From NCBI RefSeq assembly GCF_009914755.1, contig NC_060941.1: a stretch of 64,000 nt of DNA; one strand, given 5' to 3'. Under the pieces are notes generated by a model. The model was not told the origin of the DNA. It searched no databases and saw only the letters and a program-made list of their open reading frames with translations. A program made the position numbers and the translations under genes. Positions 13,467 to 28,550 of this stretch are shown in pieces. Origin of the DNA: the human T2T-CHM13v2.0 reference genome, Homo sapiens. The number at the start of each line of letters is the position of its first letter. The first letter of the stretch is position 1.

Positions 13467-15021
13467 GCCTCTCCCTCTCCCTCTCCCTCTCCCTCTCCCT
13501 CTCCCTCTCCACCTCCCTCTCCCTCTCCCTCTCCCTCTCCCCACGGTCTCCCTATCCCTCTTTTTTCCACGGTCTCCCTCTCCCTCTCTTCACGGTCTCC
13601 CTCTGATGCCGAGCCGAAGCTGGACTGTGCTGCTGCCATCTCGGCTCACTGCAACCTCCCTGCCTGATTCTCCTGCCTCAGCCTGCCGAGTGCCTGCGAT
13701 TGCAGGCGCGCGCTGCCACACCTGACTGGTTTTCGTATTTTTTTTGGTGGAGACGGGGTTTCGCTGTGTTGGCCGGGCTGGTCTCCAGCTCCTAATCACG
13801 AGTGATCCGCCAGCTTCGGCCTCCCAAGGTGCCGGGATTGCAGATGGAGTCTCGTTCACTCAGTGCTCAACGGTGCCCAGGCTGGAGTGCAGTGGCATGA
13901 TCTCAGCTCGCTACAACCTACACCTCCCAGCCGCCTGCCTTGGCCTCCCGAAGTGCCGAGATTGCAGCCTCTGCCCGGCCGCCACCCCATCTGGGAAGTG
14001 AGGAGCGTCTCTACCTGGCCGCCCATCGTCTGGGATGTGAGGAGCCCCTCTGCCTGGCTGCCCAGTCTGGAAAGTGAGGAGCGTCTCTGCCCTGCCGCCA
14101 TCCCATCTAGGAAGTGAGGAGCGTCTCTGCCCGGCCGCCCATCGTCTGAGATGTGGGGAGCGCCTCTGCCCTGCCGCCCCGTCTGGGATGTGAGGAGCGT
14201 CTCTGCCCGGCCGCCCCGTCTGAGAAGTGAGGAGCCCCTCCGCCTGGCAGCTGCCCCGTCTGAGAAGTGAGGAGCCCCTCCGCCCGGCAGCCACCCCGTC
14301 TGGGAAGTGAGGAGCATCTCCACCTGGCAGCCGCCCCGTCCGGGAGGGAGGTGGGGGGCTCAGCCCCCTGCCCGGCCAGCCGCCCGGTCCGGGAGGTGAG
14401 GGGCACCTCTGCCCGGCCGCCCCTACTGGGAAGTGAGGAGCCCCTCTGCCCGGCCACCACCCCGTCTGGGGGGTGTACCCAACAGCTCATTGAGAAGGGG
14501 CCAAGATGACAATGGCGGTTTTGTGGGATAGAAAAGGGGGAAAGGTGGGGAAAAGATTGGGAAATCGGATGGTTGCTGTGTCTGTGTAGAAAGAAGTAGA
14601 CATGGGAGACCTTTCATTTTGTTCTGTACTAAGAAAAATTCTTCTGCCTTGGGATCCTGTTGATCTATGACCTTACCCCCAACGCTGTGCTCTCTGAAAC
14701 ATGTGCTGTGTCCACTCAGGGTTAAATGGATTAAGGGCAGTGCAAGATGTGCTTTGTTAAACAGATGCTTGAAGGCAGCATGCTCGTTAAGAGTCATCAC
14801 CACTCCCTAATCTCAAGTACCCAGGGACACAAACACTGCGGAAGGCCGCAGGGTCCTCTGCCTAGGAAAACCAGAGACCTTTGTTCACTTGTTTATCTGC
14901 TGACCTTCCCTCCACTATTGTCCTATGACCCTGCCAAATCCCCCTCTGCGAGAAACACCCAAGAATGATCAATAAAAAAAAATAAAATAAAAAAATAAAA
15001 AAAATTAAAAAAAAAGAAAGT
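13467..15021 (+). mobile_element. Full-length SVA retrotransposon (SVA_C/D-like)
   Basis: (CCCTCT)n hexamer head, antisense Alu-like domain, GC-rich VNTR (~13960-14470), SINE-R, AATAAA plus A tail, TSD aataaaccc at 13458-13466 and 15022-15030. Confidence 0.97.
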
Positions 15022-16265
15022 AATAAACCCTCTGCTTCAGAAAAATGTACATAAGCACCTACTGCACACCACACTTTGAGTAGCATGCATAATAATGCAA
15101 ATTAGTACATGTATAATCAAGACTCCTTCCATCATAATAATTGTACTCATTATTATATCATCTTATTTAATCCCTCCAGCAACCCTACAAGACTGGCATT
15201 ATCATGCCCCCTTTATGGATTAAGGAAACAACGACAACAAAACAGGTTTGGGCAGTGAAAGTAAACGGTCCAAGGTCATACCACTAGTAAGTAGCAGCAG
15301 AGCCAAGATTTGTACCCAGATCTACCTGTGTCTACATTTTTGGCTCTTAAACCAATAGTAATGCCCCACCCCTCTTGTCATCAAAGCAGACAAGATGTCC
15401 CCTCCTTGGTTACCCATAGCAAGGACTTCTTTCAAGCACTGTTAACATTTCAATCCTAATTCCTTGTTCACATATTTGTCTTTGGTGTCTTTGAGTTCCC
15501 AGCATTTGGGCAATGCCTGGAACAGAGTAGGTGCTTAACAAATGTTTGAGTGACAGAGTTTCTCTTGCGCCTTACTGAGCTGGGCCCCCATCTATCAACT
15601 CAGTCTGAGATTAATTGTACTTTATTTTTAAGTCAGCAGGAGACCCCTTCAGATAAGCTACGTAAGCCTGAAGTGGCAGCCAGGCACAGTACTTGGTCAC
15701 TGGCCAGGGCGGGAGGCTCTCTAACCCAACAGGTGGCCCCCAGCCCAGATCGTCAGGGAGCCCCACCCTCCAGGAGACCGTGGCTGAGTGGCCCATCTGG
15801 CCCAGCCTGCGCCTGAGTGCTGAAGATCTTTGTGTCTCCAAGCTGAGAACTGGGTCCCTGCTCCTTGCCAACCATTCACAGGGGAGAAATGATTAAAACA
15901 CTGGAGAGACTGACTCATGGGGAAATATGAAAAAAACACAATAGTCCCCAAATATGTTTAGCTTGGCCCCATCACAAAGGGGGGATGTGATAAGGGCTCC
16001 AAGCTAAAGGGAGGCAACATAAAGGCGGGAGAATTGTGCAGAGCCTGCTGACTGGGAGGGACCCAAGGGAAAATGAAAATGAGATGGAGGGGAATAAAAT
16101 GGGGCATCGAGTTGGAGGAAAAAGAGTTTCTGGAGCTCAAGGGCATCTTTCCATAAAGAGATCAGAGTTGGGGACCACTGCCAGAGATTTTAAACAACCT
16201 CCTCCCCACTGGCCAGGCATTGCCTCCTACTCTGTGCCAGGCATTGCCCAAGTTCTGGGAACTCA

Positions 16266-16675
<410 letters not shown>

Positions 16676-17235
16676 TTAAACAACCTCCTTCACACTAGTG
16701 GCTCCTGGCTTTGACAGCAGGAGACTGAAGTCTCATTCATTCCTTCAGCAAACACTTCCATGCCCACTGCAGGCCAAGCACAGTGCCAGGTTCGAGGTTG
16801 CTGAGTGACGAAAACAGTGTCTCTACTCTCAGACAGCTTATATTCTACCAGGAAGAAGCAGCCCCTGAGTCCTCTGCCTTAGCCATGCCATCTGCCTAGA
16901 ACGTTCTTCCACCAGGTATTCATATGGCCACCTCCCTCAACTTGGTCAAGTTTTATTCAGAAAACCCCTACTCCATGGGGCCAACCCTATTTATTATGGA
17001 AACTGTCTTACTCTGTTCAGGCTGCTAGAACAAAATGCCTTAGACTGGGTAGTTTAGAAACCACAGAGATGTATTGCTCACAGTTCTGAGGGCCGGGAAG
17101 ACCAAAGTCACGGGGCCAGCAGGTGCCACGTCTGGTGAGGAGCTTGCTTTCTGCTTCAAAGATGGCACCTTGCGGCTGTGCCTCACGTGGCGGAAGGGGC
17201 TGGGGAGCTCCTTCCAGCCTCTCTTATAAGGGCAC

Positions 17236-18991
17236 TGAATTAGTCAGTTTTGCATTGCTATAAAGAAATACCTGAGACTGAATAATTTATAAAGAAAAGT
17301 TTAATTGGCTTACGGTTCTGCAGGCTCTACAGGAAGCATGGCCCCAGCATCTGCCTCTGGTGAGGCCTCAGGGAAGGTGAGGCCAGACCCAGTGCATCCC
17401 ATGGTGAGAGAGGGGGAGGGAGAGAGAGAGAGAGAGGTAGACGGGGAGGAGGAGGCGGACAGTGGGAGGGGGAGAGGGACCGGGAGAGGGGGAGGAGTAG
17501 AGGGAGAAAGAGAGGGAGAGGGAGAGGGAGAGAGGGAGGGAGGGAGAGGGAAAGAGAGAGAGGGAGAGGGAGAGTGAGGGAGAGGGAGGGAGGGAGACAG
17601 GGAGAGAGAGGGAGAGGGAGGGAGGAAGAGAGGGAGAGAGAGAGACGGAGGGAGGGAGAGGGAGAAAGAGAGAGAGGGAGGGAGAGGAAGAGAGAGAGAG
17701 AGGAAGAGAGGGAGAGACAGAGGGAAGGACAGGGAGAGAGGGAGAGAGAGAGGGAGAGGGAGAGAGAGAGGGAGGGAGGGAGAGGGAGGGAGAGGGACAG
17801 AGAAAGGGAGAAGGAGAGGGAGAGGGAGAGAGAGGGAGGGAAGGAGAGGGAGAAGGAAAGAGAGAGGGAGGGAAGGAGAGGGAAAGAGAGGGAGAGGGAG
17901 AGTGGCAAGGAGAGAGAGAGGGAGGGAGGGACAAAGAGAGAGAGGGAGGGAGAGAGGGAGAGGGAGAGAGAGAGGGAGGGAGAGGGAAAGAGAGAGAGAG
18001 AGAGAGGAAGAGAGAGAGGGAGAGGGAGGGAGGCAGAGGGAGAGAGAGAGGTAGAGAGAGAGGGAGAGAGACAGGGAGAGAGAGAGGGAGAGGGAGGGAG
18101 GAAGAGGGAGAGGGAGAGAGAAAGAGAAGGAGAGAGAGAGGGAGGGAGGGAGAGAAAGGGAAGGAGGGAGAGGGAGAGGGAGGCAGAGAGAGGGGGAGGG
18201 GGAGAGAGAAGGAGGGGGAGGGGGAGAGAGAAGGAGGGGGAGGGGGAGAGAGAGGGAGGGGGAGGGGGAGAGAGAGGGAGGGGGAGAGGGAGAGAGAGGG
18301 AGGGGGAGGGAGAGAGAGAGGGAGGGGGAGAGGGAGAGAGAGGGAGGGAGAGGGAGAGAGAGAGGGAGAGGGGGAAGGAGGGAGAGGGAGAGAGAAAGGG
18401 AGAAGGAGAGGGAGAGGGAGAGAGAGGGAGGGAGGGACAGAGGGAGGGAGAGGGAAAGAGAGGGAGAAGGAGAGTGAGAAGGAGAGAGAGAGGGAGGGAG
18501 TGAGAAAGAGAGAGAGGGAGGGAGAGAGGGAGTGAGAGAGGGAGGGAGAGGAAATGGAAAGAGAGAGAGGGAGGGAGAGAGAGAGGGAGATGGAGGGAGG
18601 AAGAGGGAGTGGGAGAGAGAGGGAGAGAGAAAGAGAGGGAGAGAGAAGGAAGGAGGGAGAGAGAGGGAAGGAGGGAGAGAGAGGGAGGGGGAGAGACAGA
18701 AAGGGATGGGGGAGAGAGAGGGAGAGAGAGGAAGAGAGGGAGCGAGGGAGGGAAGGAGGGAGGGAGAGAGAGAGGGAGAGGAAGAGAGAGGAAGGAGGTG
18801 CCACACTCTTTTAAACAACCAGATCTTGTGTGAACTCAGAGGGGGAACTCACTCATTATCACAAGGACAGCACCAGGCCATTCATGAGAGATCCACCCCC
18901 ATGACCCGAACACCTCCCACTAGGCCCACCAACATTGGAGGTCCCATTTCAACATGAGATTTGGAGGGAAAAAAACATCCAAACCATATCA
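17236..18991 (-). mobile_element. Nested MSTB-like LTR containing a 1.4-kb GA expansion
   Basis: tgaattagtcagttttgcattgctataaagaaatacctgagactg ... catccaaaccatatca; 5-bp TSD ggcac (17231-17235 and 18992-18996). Confidence 0.85.
17406..18798. repeat. ~1.4-kb polypurine (GA/GGA/GGGAGA) tract
   Basis: Almost exclusively G and A on the + strand. Confidence 0.97.
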
Positions 18992-20147
18992 GGCACTGAT
19001 CCCATTCTGGAGGGTGGGGATCTCATGACTTAGTCACTTCCCAAAGGCCCCACCTCTTCATACTATCACATTGGGTATTAGGTTCCAACATATGAATTTG
19101 GGGTGGGGGGGACACCAATATTCAGACCACAGCAATCACCTTATTACTGACCACCTTATTCAATAGGGTCACCCACACAAAGCCCCACCATGCCCGCTGC
19201 TCCACTTGTTCTGTGTTCTAGGGGATTTCGCACCCTTCAACACACTATGTAATTGCTCTTATTTTGTTTATCATCTGTTTCTTCCCACCTTGGAAAGGCC
19301 CACAGGGCCTCAACTGAGGGCTGCGGAAGTGACCTAAGGAACAGACACAGTTATCCTGTCTCAGAGCTCGTCCCCTCCTCATTGTCTCTGTTACCTGTAG
19401 CCAGGCCATCTGCAGAGCTGGCAAGCAATGGGACAGACGTGGAGCTGATGCTGGCATTGTCTCTCTGGTTTTGAGTCTGAACCAAGGCTCCTGTGTGAGA
19501 GTCAAAACACCTCTTCACATCTCTTGCCTCCTTCCTCAACTCCTTTGGGCCTCTTTTCTTCCAGCTGTCTGGGAGCCAGGCTGAGTTCCCCACAAATGTA
19601 AAGCAATCATAAATAATCATCAGGCTAATGAGGCTGGGGGTGATCATGCAGGAACTCCCTGCCACATGACAAACAGCCGGCTGCTGATTTATCATGGGAC
19701 AGATGTAAATACTCGCCTCTCCCCTGAGCAGGAACACATGTTCTTAGTCATATGGTAGCTGCTGAAAACACCCCATTGGGGTTGTTCACCCTCTGCTGAG
19801 ATCAGAAGGAGGCAGAGAGGCCCAAGCTTTGCCAGGAATGAATGGTGGTTAAAAGGGGAGGGTTCTTTCTCTTAGCCCATCAACCTGGCCACCAATTAAA
19901 AAAACTCAAATAACCAGTGGGTCTAGCATAGGAGTGAAGAGTGAGTTTTAGGCCCAAAAGCTCAGGATGCTTAAACTCCAACTGCCACCCAGTAGGGTGG
20001 GACCTCCATTAAGTTGCTTAACAATGCTGAGCCTCAGTTTTCTCCTCTGAAAATGGGTTAATAATAGTATCTTCCCCATTGGGTTGTTGTGAACATCAAG
20101 AATGAATGTCAACTGTTTAACACAGAGTAAGACCTTAATAAACGGAT

Positions 20148-21993
<1,846 letters not shown>

Positions 21994-22479
21994 AATGGAG
22001 AGGGTTGGGTGTGAGAGGGGGTGGGGTGAGGGAAAGTGTAAGGGTGGACCTTCACTCTATTCTCCCGCAAATGCCTTCCTTAGACAATGGCTCCTGATGG
22101 GCCTTGTAGATCCAACCAACAAAGCCCCATTCCCTTCCCCATCACACATCCCTAGTTGCCTCTGAGCCACTGCCAGCCTATCAACTATAGGAGGATGCCT
22201 TTCTCATGACCCTTTGTCATGAGGTTGCCAGAGTCACCCCCCTCAACTACCTTGCGTGATCACCTGTCAGCTGTGTGAAACTTGATCAGGTGGCTTAACC
22301 TCTCTGAACCTCAGGTCCTCATGTACCAAATGGGGTGACAGTGTTGTGAGAATTATACATGAGATAATTTATGATCGCACATACCAAGGTGCCTGGCCCT
22401 TGAGGAATTCTCAATAATTACAAGGTAGTTGGCTCTAGAAGACTTTGGGAAACCAAGCTCGGGTTGTGGTTCATTATGG

Positions 22480-22493
22480 GTTACCATGGAAAC
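22480..22493. promoter_or_regulatory. RFX X-box motif
   Basis: GTTACCATGGAAAC matches the palindromic GTTNCCATGGNAAC consensus. Confidence 0.5.
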
Positions 22494-22803
22494 CAGACCT
22501 AAAGGCTGGAGAACAGACAGGCCTAGTGTGCCCAGAGCACCTAGGCCTGATTCACATTAGGATCTATTTTCTTGAATCCTTAAATGCACCTTAGAGTTCA
22601 CGCAGGCATGAAGGAATGGCTCCAGGCATTGTCCTCAGCCCCTGAGCAAGGGAGTAAGCCCAGTTCCACACAGGGGCAATTCCTGAACACACATTCACTG
22701 CGTGAAGAAAGGGCTGAGGACCTAGCTCTGGGCCGCATGTAGACAGGAGTGATTGATGAGTTTAACTTCATGCATCTCATTGCAGCCTAAAAGGATGTGA
22801 CAA

Positions 22804-23100
<297 letters not shown>

Positions 23101-23540
23101 GATATGACAAAAAGTCAGGTGAACTTGCTGGTTTCATTCTATCCAAGTTGGTGCCTCTCAGAGGTTCCTTGTTTAGTTGACTTGTGCTGGGGTTAATGGA
23201 AGATATGCATCACTAACAGGTGCTTTTCACTGGATACTTTGATACTCATCACCAGCCAGCAGATTCCAAGGTTGAACCACTGCTTGTATGTCTGTTCTTA
23301 AGTGTTGAACTGATGGCTGCTCTCTCCCTGGTAATAGGGTATCTGCCCCATTGATAGCTATCAGTGGGAGGCACTCAGATGGAACCCGCATAACTACCAC
23401 TTCTAGCTCTATGAACTTGGCACTGGTCACTTAATCCTCTGAGCTTCAGTTTCCCGCTCTGAAAAATAGGTATGGCGCTGACACAAGCTACTCTGCCTGC
23501 CACTGGTTTGCTGGAATAAAATCAAAGGTATAGAAATGGA

Positions 23541-23839
23541 CCTTGGGAGGTCAAGGCAGGTGGATCACCTGAGGTCAAGAATTCAAGACCAGGCTGGCCA
23601 ACATGGTGAAACCCCATCTCTACTAAAAATACAAAAATTAGCTGGGCATGGTAGCACAAACCTGTAGTCCCAGCTACTCAGGAGGCTGTGGCAGGAAGGT
23701 CACTTGAACCTGGGAGGAAGAGCCTGTTCCCCAATCCCTTCCATTTCTATACTTTTTTTTTTTTTGAGCCAGAGTCTCGCTCTGTCGCCACTGCACTCCA
23801 GCCTGGGCAACAGAGCAAGACTCTGGCTCGCAAAAAAAA
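23541..23839 (+). mobile_element. 5'-truncated Alu with internal inverted insertion
   Basis: TSD gtatagaaatgga at 23528-23540 and 23840-23852; internal poly-T block at 23719-23789. Confidence 0.9.
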
Positions 23840-24540
23840 GTATAGAAATGGAAGGGCTTGGAGAACAGGCTCTGTCTCAAGCCCTCATTACCAGTTGGTC
23901 AGCTGATCCCACACAACTTATTGTGAAAACACAGTAAGTGTGTTCCTGAGAATTAAGGGGGTGTGGGGAAGAATGCATCTTTCTGATATTCTAAAAGCCA
24001 CTCTCTAGAGAGAGTAGTTATAAATGCAACACAGAGGCCTTAATACAACTGTAATATACTTGACCTGTTTGTCACATGGTGCTGGCAAATTGCTTAATGT
24101 CTCAAGACCTTAGTTTCCCCATGTGCAAAATAAAGGGACTTGGGTGGATGGTTTGCTCCTTGGCTCCAACCTTCTGTGACTATTGATAGGCATTAGATTT
24201 TGAGAGATATGAACCATAATGTCTACCATCCCAACACAGTCTGTTTGAGCACAACTGAATTATCTCAGCAAGCACATGCTTGACTTTGGATAGGTTTCAT
24301 CTCATACTTCCTCACAACAAATTATCTTGCCAGTGAGAAAAGAGAGGCTCAGGGAAGTTCAACTTCTAAGGCCACATAGCTAATAAATGACTGGGCCAGG
24401 ACTTGAACCTGGACCTGCTTGTCCCAGGACCTGCTTGTCCCAACACCTATGTATCTTCCAAGACACAGTGCTTTTGCCAAGGGACAGAGGTTTTCCAGAT
24501 TTGCAATGAGATATTTTTATGTTGTTTGGTAGGGAAACCA

Positions 24541-24722
24541 GATATATATAATAATATATATAAAATTACATATACATTTATAATTATACATAAAATTACA
24601 TATACATATATAATTATATATAAAATTACATATAATACGTTTATAATTATATGTTATATATATGACATATAGTATATAATATATATTTTTCTATGTTATA
24701 TTTTATATGTTATATATGTATT
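24541..24722. repeat. AT-rich low-complexity repeat
   Basis: Recurrent tataaaattacatata units. Confidence 0.9.
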
Positions 24723-25703
24723 TTTGAAACCCTTTAGAAGGTCAAGACTCTTCAGAAGGTCAAGGTCATTTCACGGGTGAATGGTTAATCCCCCCAAGCA
24801 ACAACACCGTGTGTATAAACTGCCCCCAGAATGCAGCCCTTTCAAGATGGAGAAGGAGGGGCCTCAGGGAGGGCAGAACGCCCAGCGCACCTGCCAGGTC
24901 TGTGAAAGAGGAGAGGTTGAAGAAGAAAGAGTAGGAAAAAGCTTTCTTTCCCCCTCAAGTTAGAAAGCGGGCAGAGCAAGAGAGAGAGATCAAAAACCAC
25001 TAAAGGTCCCTCATGTCAACCTCTCCCTGTTTTAATTAAGCAGAGTCCACACCCCCACCCCCACTCCCTCAAAAATGCTTTGCACTCAGCAAGAGCTGCT
25101 TCACAGCAGGTTGCAGTTAAGCCTTCAAACAACCAGCAGCCTCAGGAAATGCCAGCAGCCCACAGGTGCGGGGCGAGGCGGGGCCCCTCCCCTTCTCCGC
25201 ACCCAGGCCGAGCAGCCACAAGATGGACCAAGGAGCCGCAAGAGCATTCCCTGAACCCTTCTCCACTGGGCCGTGATTCTCGGCAGCGAGCCTCCAACTG
25301 CGGCAACCCTCGGTAAGACAGGCATCTTCCGTGGGGACCCAGCCAACACCTACAGACATCCATACATATCAAGCTCAAAAAAAACTCACAAAACAACTCT
25401 TGCCGCTGTTATGTGCGATGCATTCACATTTTCTACTCTTTTTTTTTTTTTTTTTTAATGCTGATTGCAGCCTTTTATATTAGCGTCACGATTCACTGAA
25501 GGTTTCCAAACTCATTTTGAAAACGCAGTCTGCTGGATGGAGGCATTAATGTCCTCCAAGTCAGGCAGAGCCTGACCTACTCTCCTTCCTTGCCTCATTA
25601 GCTCTACCCAGCCCAGGTCCCCGCTCCAGCAAACTTGCAGCTCTGGAATGTCTTTAGCAACTCCGCACCTCCAGGCCTGGGCCATACACCTTGCTAAGCC
25701 TGA

Positions 25704-26144
<441 letters not shown>

Positions 26145-26992
26145 TGAATTTCTCATGTGTAACTGTTGCAGATTGCAAGCGCCTCTGTTCCCCACTGATC
26201 ACCCTAGGTGTGGCTGTTCTATGGAGACCAGGTTATGAGTCCTCCAGGGCCTGTTTATCCTGTGGCTGGAGTCCTACTAATCAAAGTTTTTCCATCAACA
26301 TTTCTAAATGGAAGAGAGAAGGCAAAAAGTGGGGTGGGGGTGGGAGGGGCGCAGGAGGAGGGAGGACTGGGCCCTCCCCCAGAGACAAACCCCATTCCTA
26401 AGGAAGGAAAATTGCAATTATTGTCAACTTTCTGTGGGGGACCTTCCATGCTTAGCAGGAAGAGGACAATGGTTTTCAGACCCAACATTGATGGCAACAC
26501 CTGCCTTCCAGGCGGGAGGCAGGATTCCTCTCAGAGGTGAGTTGCTGAGAGATGCCTTGAGGGACCTTCTCAGAAGAGAAAAGCAAGGCTCGCTGGACCT
26601 TCCAGAAAGGCAGGAATGAGGGGGAGGCAATGGTTAGCAGCCAGCCACTGGGAAAACACCGTGCAGGGTGGGCCCCTGGGGAGCGGGGGGGAGCTCCAGC
26701 GATGTTGAGGAGGGCATGGCGGGTGCATTGGGGGCTTCGTCTATTCCATCAAGCCCACCCAGAAAGGCAGGGCAGGCTCCGTGTCCCACTGGCCAGGTTC
26801 AGTCCTGGGACCCTAGACTAGTTACCAAACCCTGCTGTGTTTCTGCTTCCTGGCCGTCACATGGGGACCTGCCTCTTAGGGTTCTGTGAGGACCCAACGG
26901 GTTAAGACAAATAACACACTTAGAGCATGGCCAGATACAGGAAAAGTGTTCTATTCATTTTATTTCATCAACACATTAACTCATGGAGGTAA

Positions 26993-27297
26993 TTTTTTTT
27001 TTTTTTTTTTTTCCCGAGACGGAGTCTCACTCTATCATCCAGGCTGGAGTGCAGTAGTGCAATCTCGGCTCACTGCAACCTTTGCCTTACAGGTTCGAGC
27101 TATTCTCCTGCCTCAGCCTCCTGAGTAGCTGGGACTACAGGCGTGTGCCACTGCGCCCAATTAATTTTTGTATTTTTGGTAGAGATGGGGTTCCACTATG
27201 TTGGCCAGGCTGGTCTTGAACTCCTGACCTCAAGTGATCCACCCCCCTCAGCCTCCCAAAGTGCTGGGATTACAGGCGTGAGCCAGTGTACCTGGCC
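26993..27297 (-). mobile_element. AluS
   Basis: Antisense full-length Alu. Confidence 0.95.
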
Positions 27298-27790
27298 CAA
27301 GGTGAATATTATCCCCATTTTGTAGATGAGGAAACTGAGGCTCAGAGGGCCCCAGGAGAAGTGGCCTCACAGAATCCACTACACAAAGAATGTTTATTTA
27401 GCAACTGTCACGGGAAAGGCAGGAAATTCAGAGGAGGCTAATAGGCCATTCTGTCCCAGAGAGGTTTATGTTTCTAGTGGGGTGGTGATTGCAAACCCCA
27501 GTAAAGTTTTTCTGCTTTCAAAGGGCAGAGAGATCCCAGGGGAAGGAAAGTGGGAGAGGAAGGGGATTTGGGCTGGTTAGAGGAAGCTTTGCTAGAGGAA
27601 CTAAGCTCCAGGATAATCAGGGTTTGTGATGGGGTGGGGAGAGAAAACCATCAACTCAGAGGCAGAAGAGGTTTTCATAGTATTTGTATCCTCTCTCCTC
27701 AGGCTCTGCATTGGCTGGTCCTGATTACAGAAAAAAAAAAAATGATCTGCTTCAGAGTGGGTCAAGAGACCCACGGATTAAAAGCCTCAA

Positions 27791-28000
27791 ATGTATGAGT
27801 ACATATGGGCACCAAGAAGGGAACAGGCACCGAGGCCTATTGAGGGTAGAGAATGGAAGGAAAGTGAGGAATGAAAAACAACTATGTTTATTACCTGGGT
27901 GGCAAAATAATCTGCACACCAAACCCCTGTGACATGCAGTTTACCTGCACCTGTCCCAGTACCCTTGAACCTAAAGTAAAAATTAAAAATAAAAAAGAAA
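27791..28000 (+). mobile_element. L1 3' end (old L1PA/L1PB-like)
   Basis: aataatctgcacaccaaacccctgtgacatgcagtttacc...gaacctaaagtaaaa followed by A-rich tail. Confidence 0.8.
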
Positions 28001-28027
28001 GTTGAAATGACTAATAACAAAAAAAAA

Positions 28028-28126
28028 TTTTTTTAGAGATGGGGGTCTTGCTATTTTGCTCAGGCTGATCTTAAACTCCTGGCTCAAGCGATCCTTCCCC
28101 CTTGGCCTCCCAAAGTGCTGGGATTA
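28028..28126 (-). mobile_element. FLAM/AluJ left-arm fragment
   Basis: agagatgggggtcttgcta...cccaaagtgctgggatta. Confidence 0.85.
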
Positions 28127-28407
28127 TTTTTAATGACGTTTGTTCATACTTTGTTTGTAATACTTATGGAGATTCTCACCCACCGTTACCAGTTAGCTTT
28201 CCCAAACTGTGCTTTAACTGTTGATTTTGTAATAAAAAGCAGTATCTTCAAATAAATAAATTAAATGAACACATTGAAAACACAAACAAAAAAGGCCTCG
28301 GTGTAGGTTTCCAGTCTCTGAGTGAGGCTGTATACACTCAGCCAGGGAGGAAAGGATCCATGATCATTGTTAGAGGTAAACATGGAAAAGATAGCACAGT
28401 GACAAGC

Positions 28408-28550
28408 CAGTGGTCCTCAACTTCGGTGGCATATTAGAATACCCTGGGAAGTCCCACTCCATCCCAATTAAGTCCGAATCTCTGAAGGTGGGGCTGAGGC
28501 ATCAGTAGGTTTTAAAGCTCCTGGGGGCTGTTGTGCAAAGGAAAACTTGA
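28408..28550. mobile_element. MER5A-like fragment
   Basis: cagtggtcctcaac...gaatctctgaaggtggggc...ttttaaagctcc. Confidence 0.6.

Larger units (their letters stand above)
17004..19134 (-). mobile_element. Outer MaLR LTR (MLT1A/MSTD-like), split into 17004-17235 and 18992-19134 by a nested MST LTR
   Basis: tgtcttactctgttcaggctgct start and ttcagaccacagca end; halves join across the ggcac duplication. Confidence 0.75.

Noticed and set aside
13590-14968. Overlapping ORFs across the SVA
   Set aside because: SVA is non-coding; these are typical VNTR/SINE-R translations
15725-15742. CTCF-like ccaacaggtggccc
   Set aside because: Partial match only; expected by chance in 64 kb
17310-18818. 502-aa and 478-aa Ser/Leu/Pro-rich ORFs and the Glu/Arg/Gly-rich ORFs opposite
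   Set aside because: Translations of the GA tract, which lacks stop codons by composition
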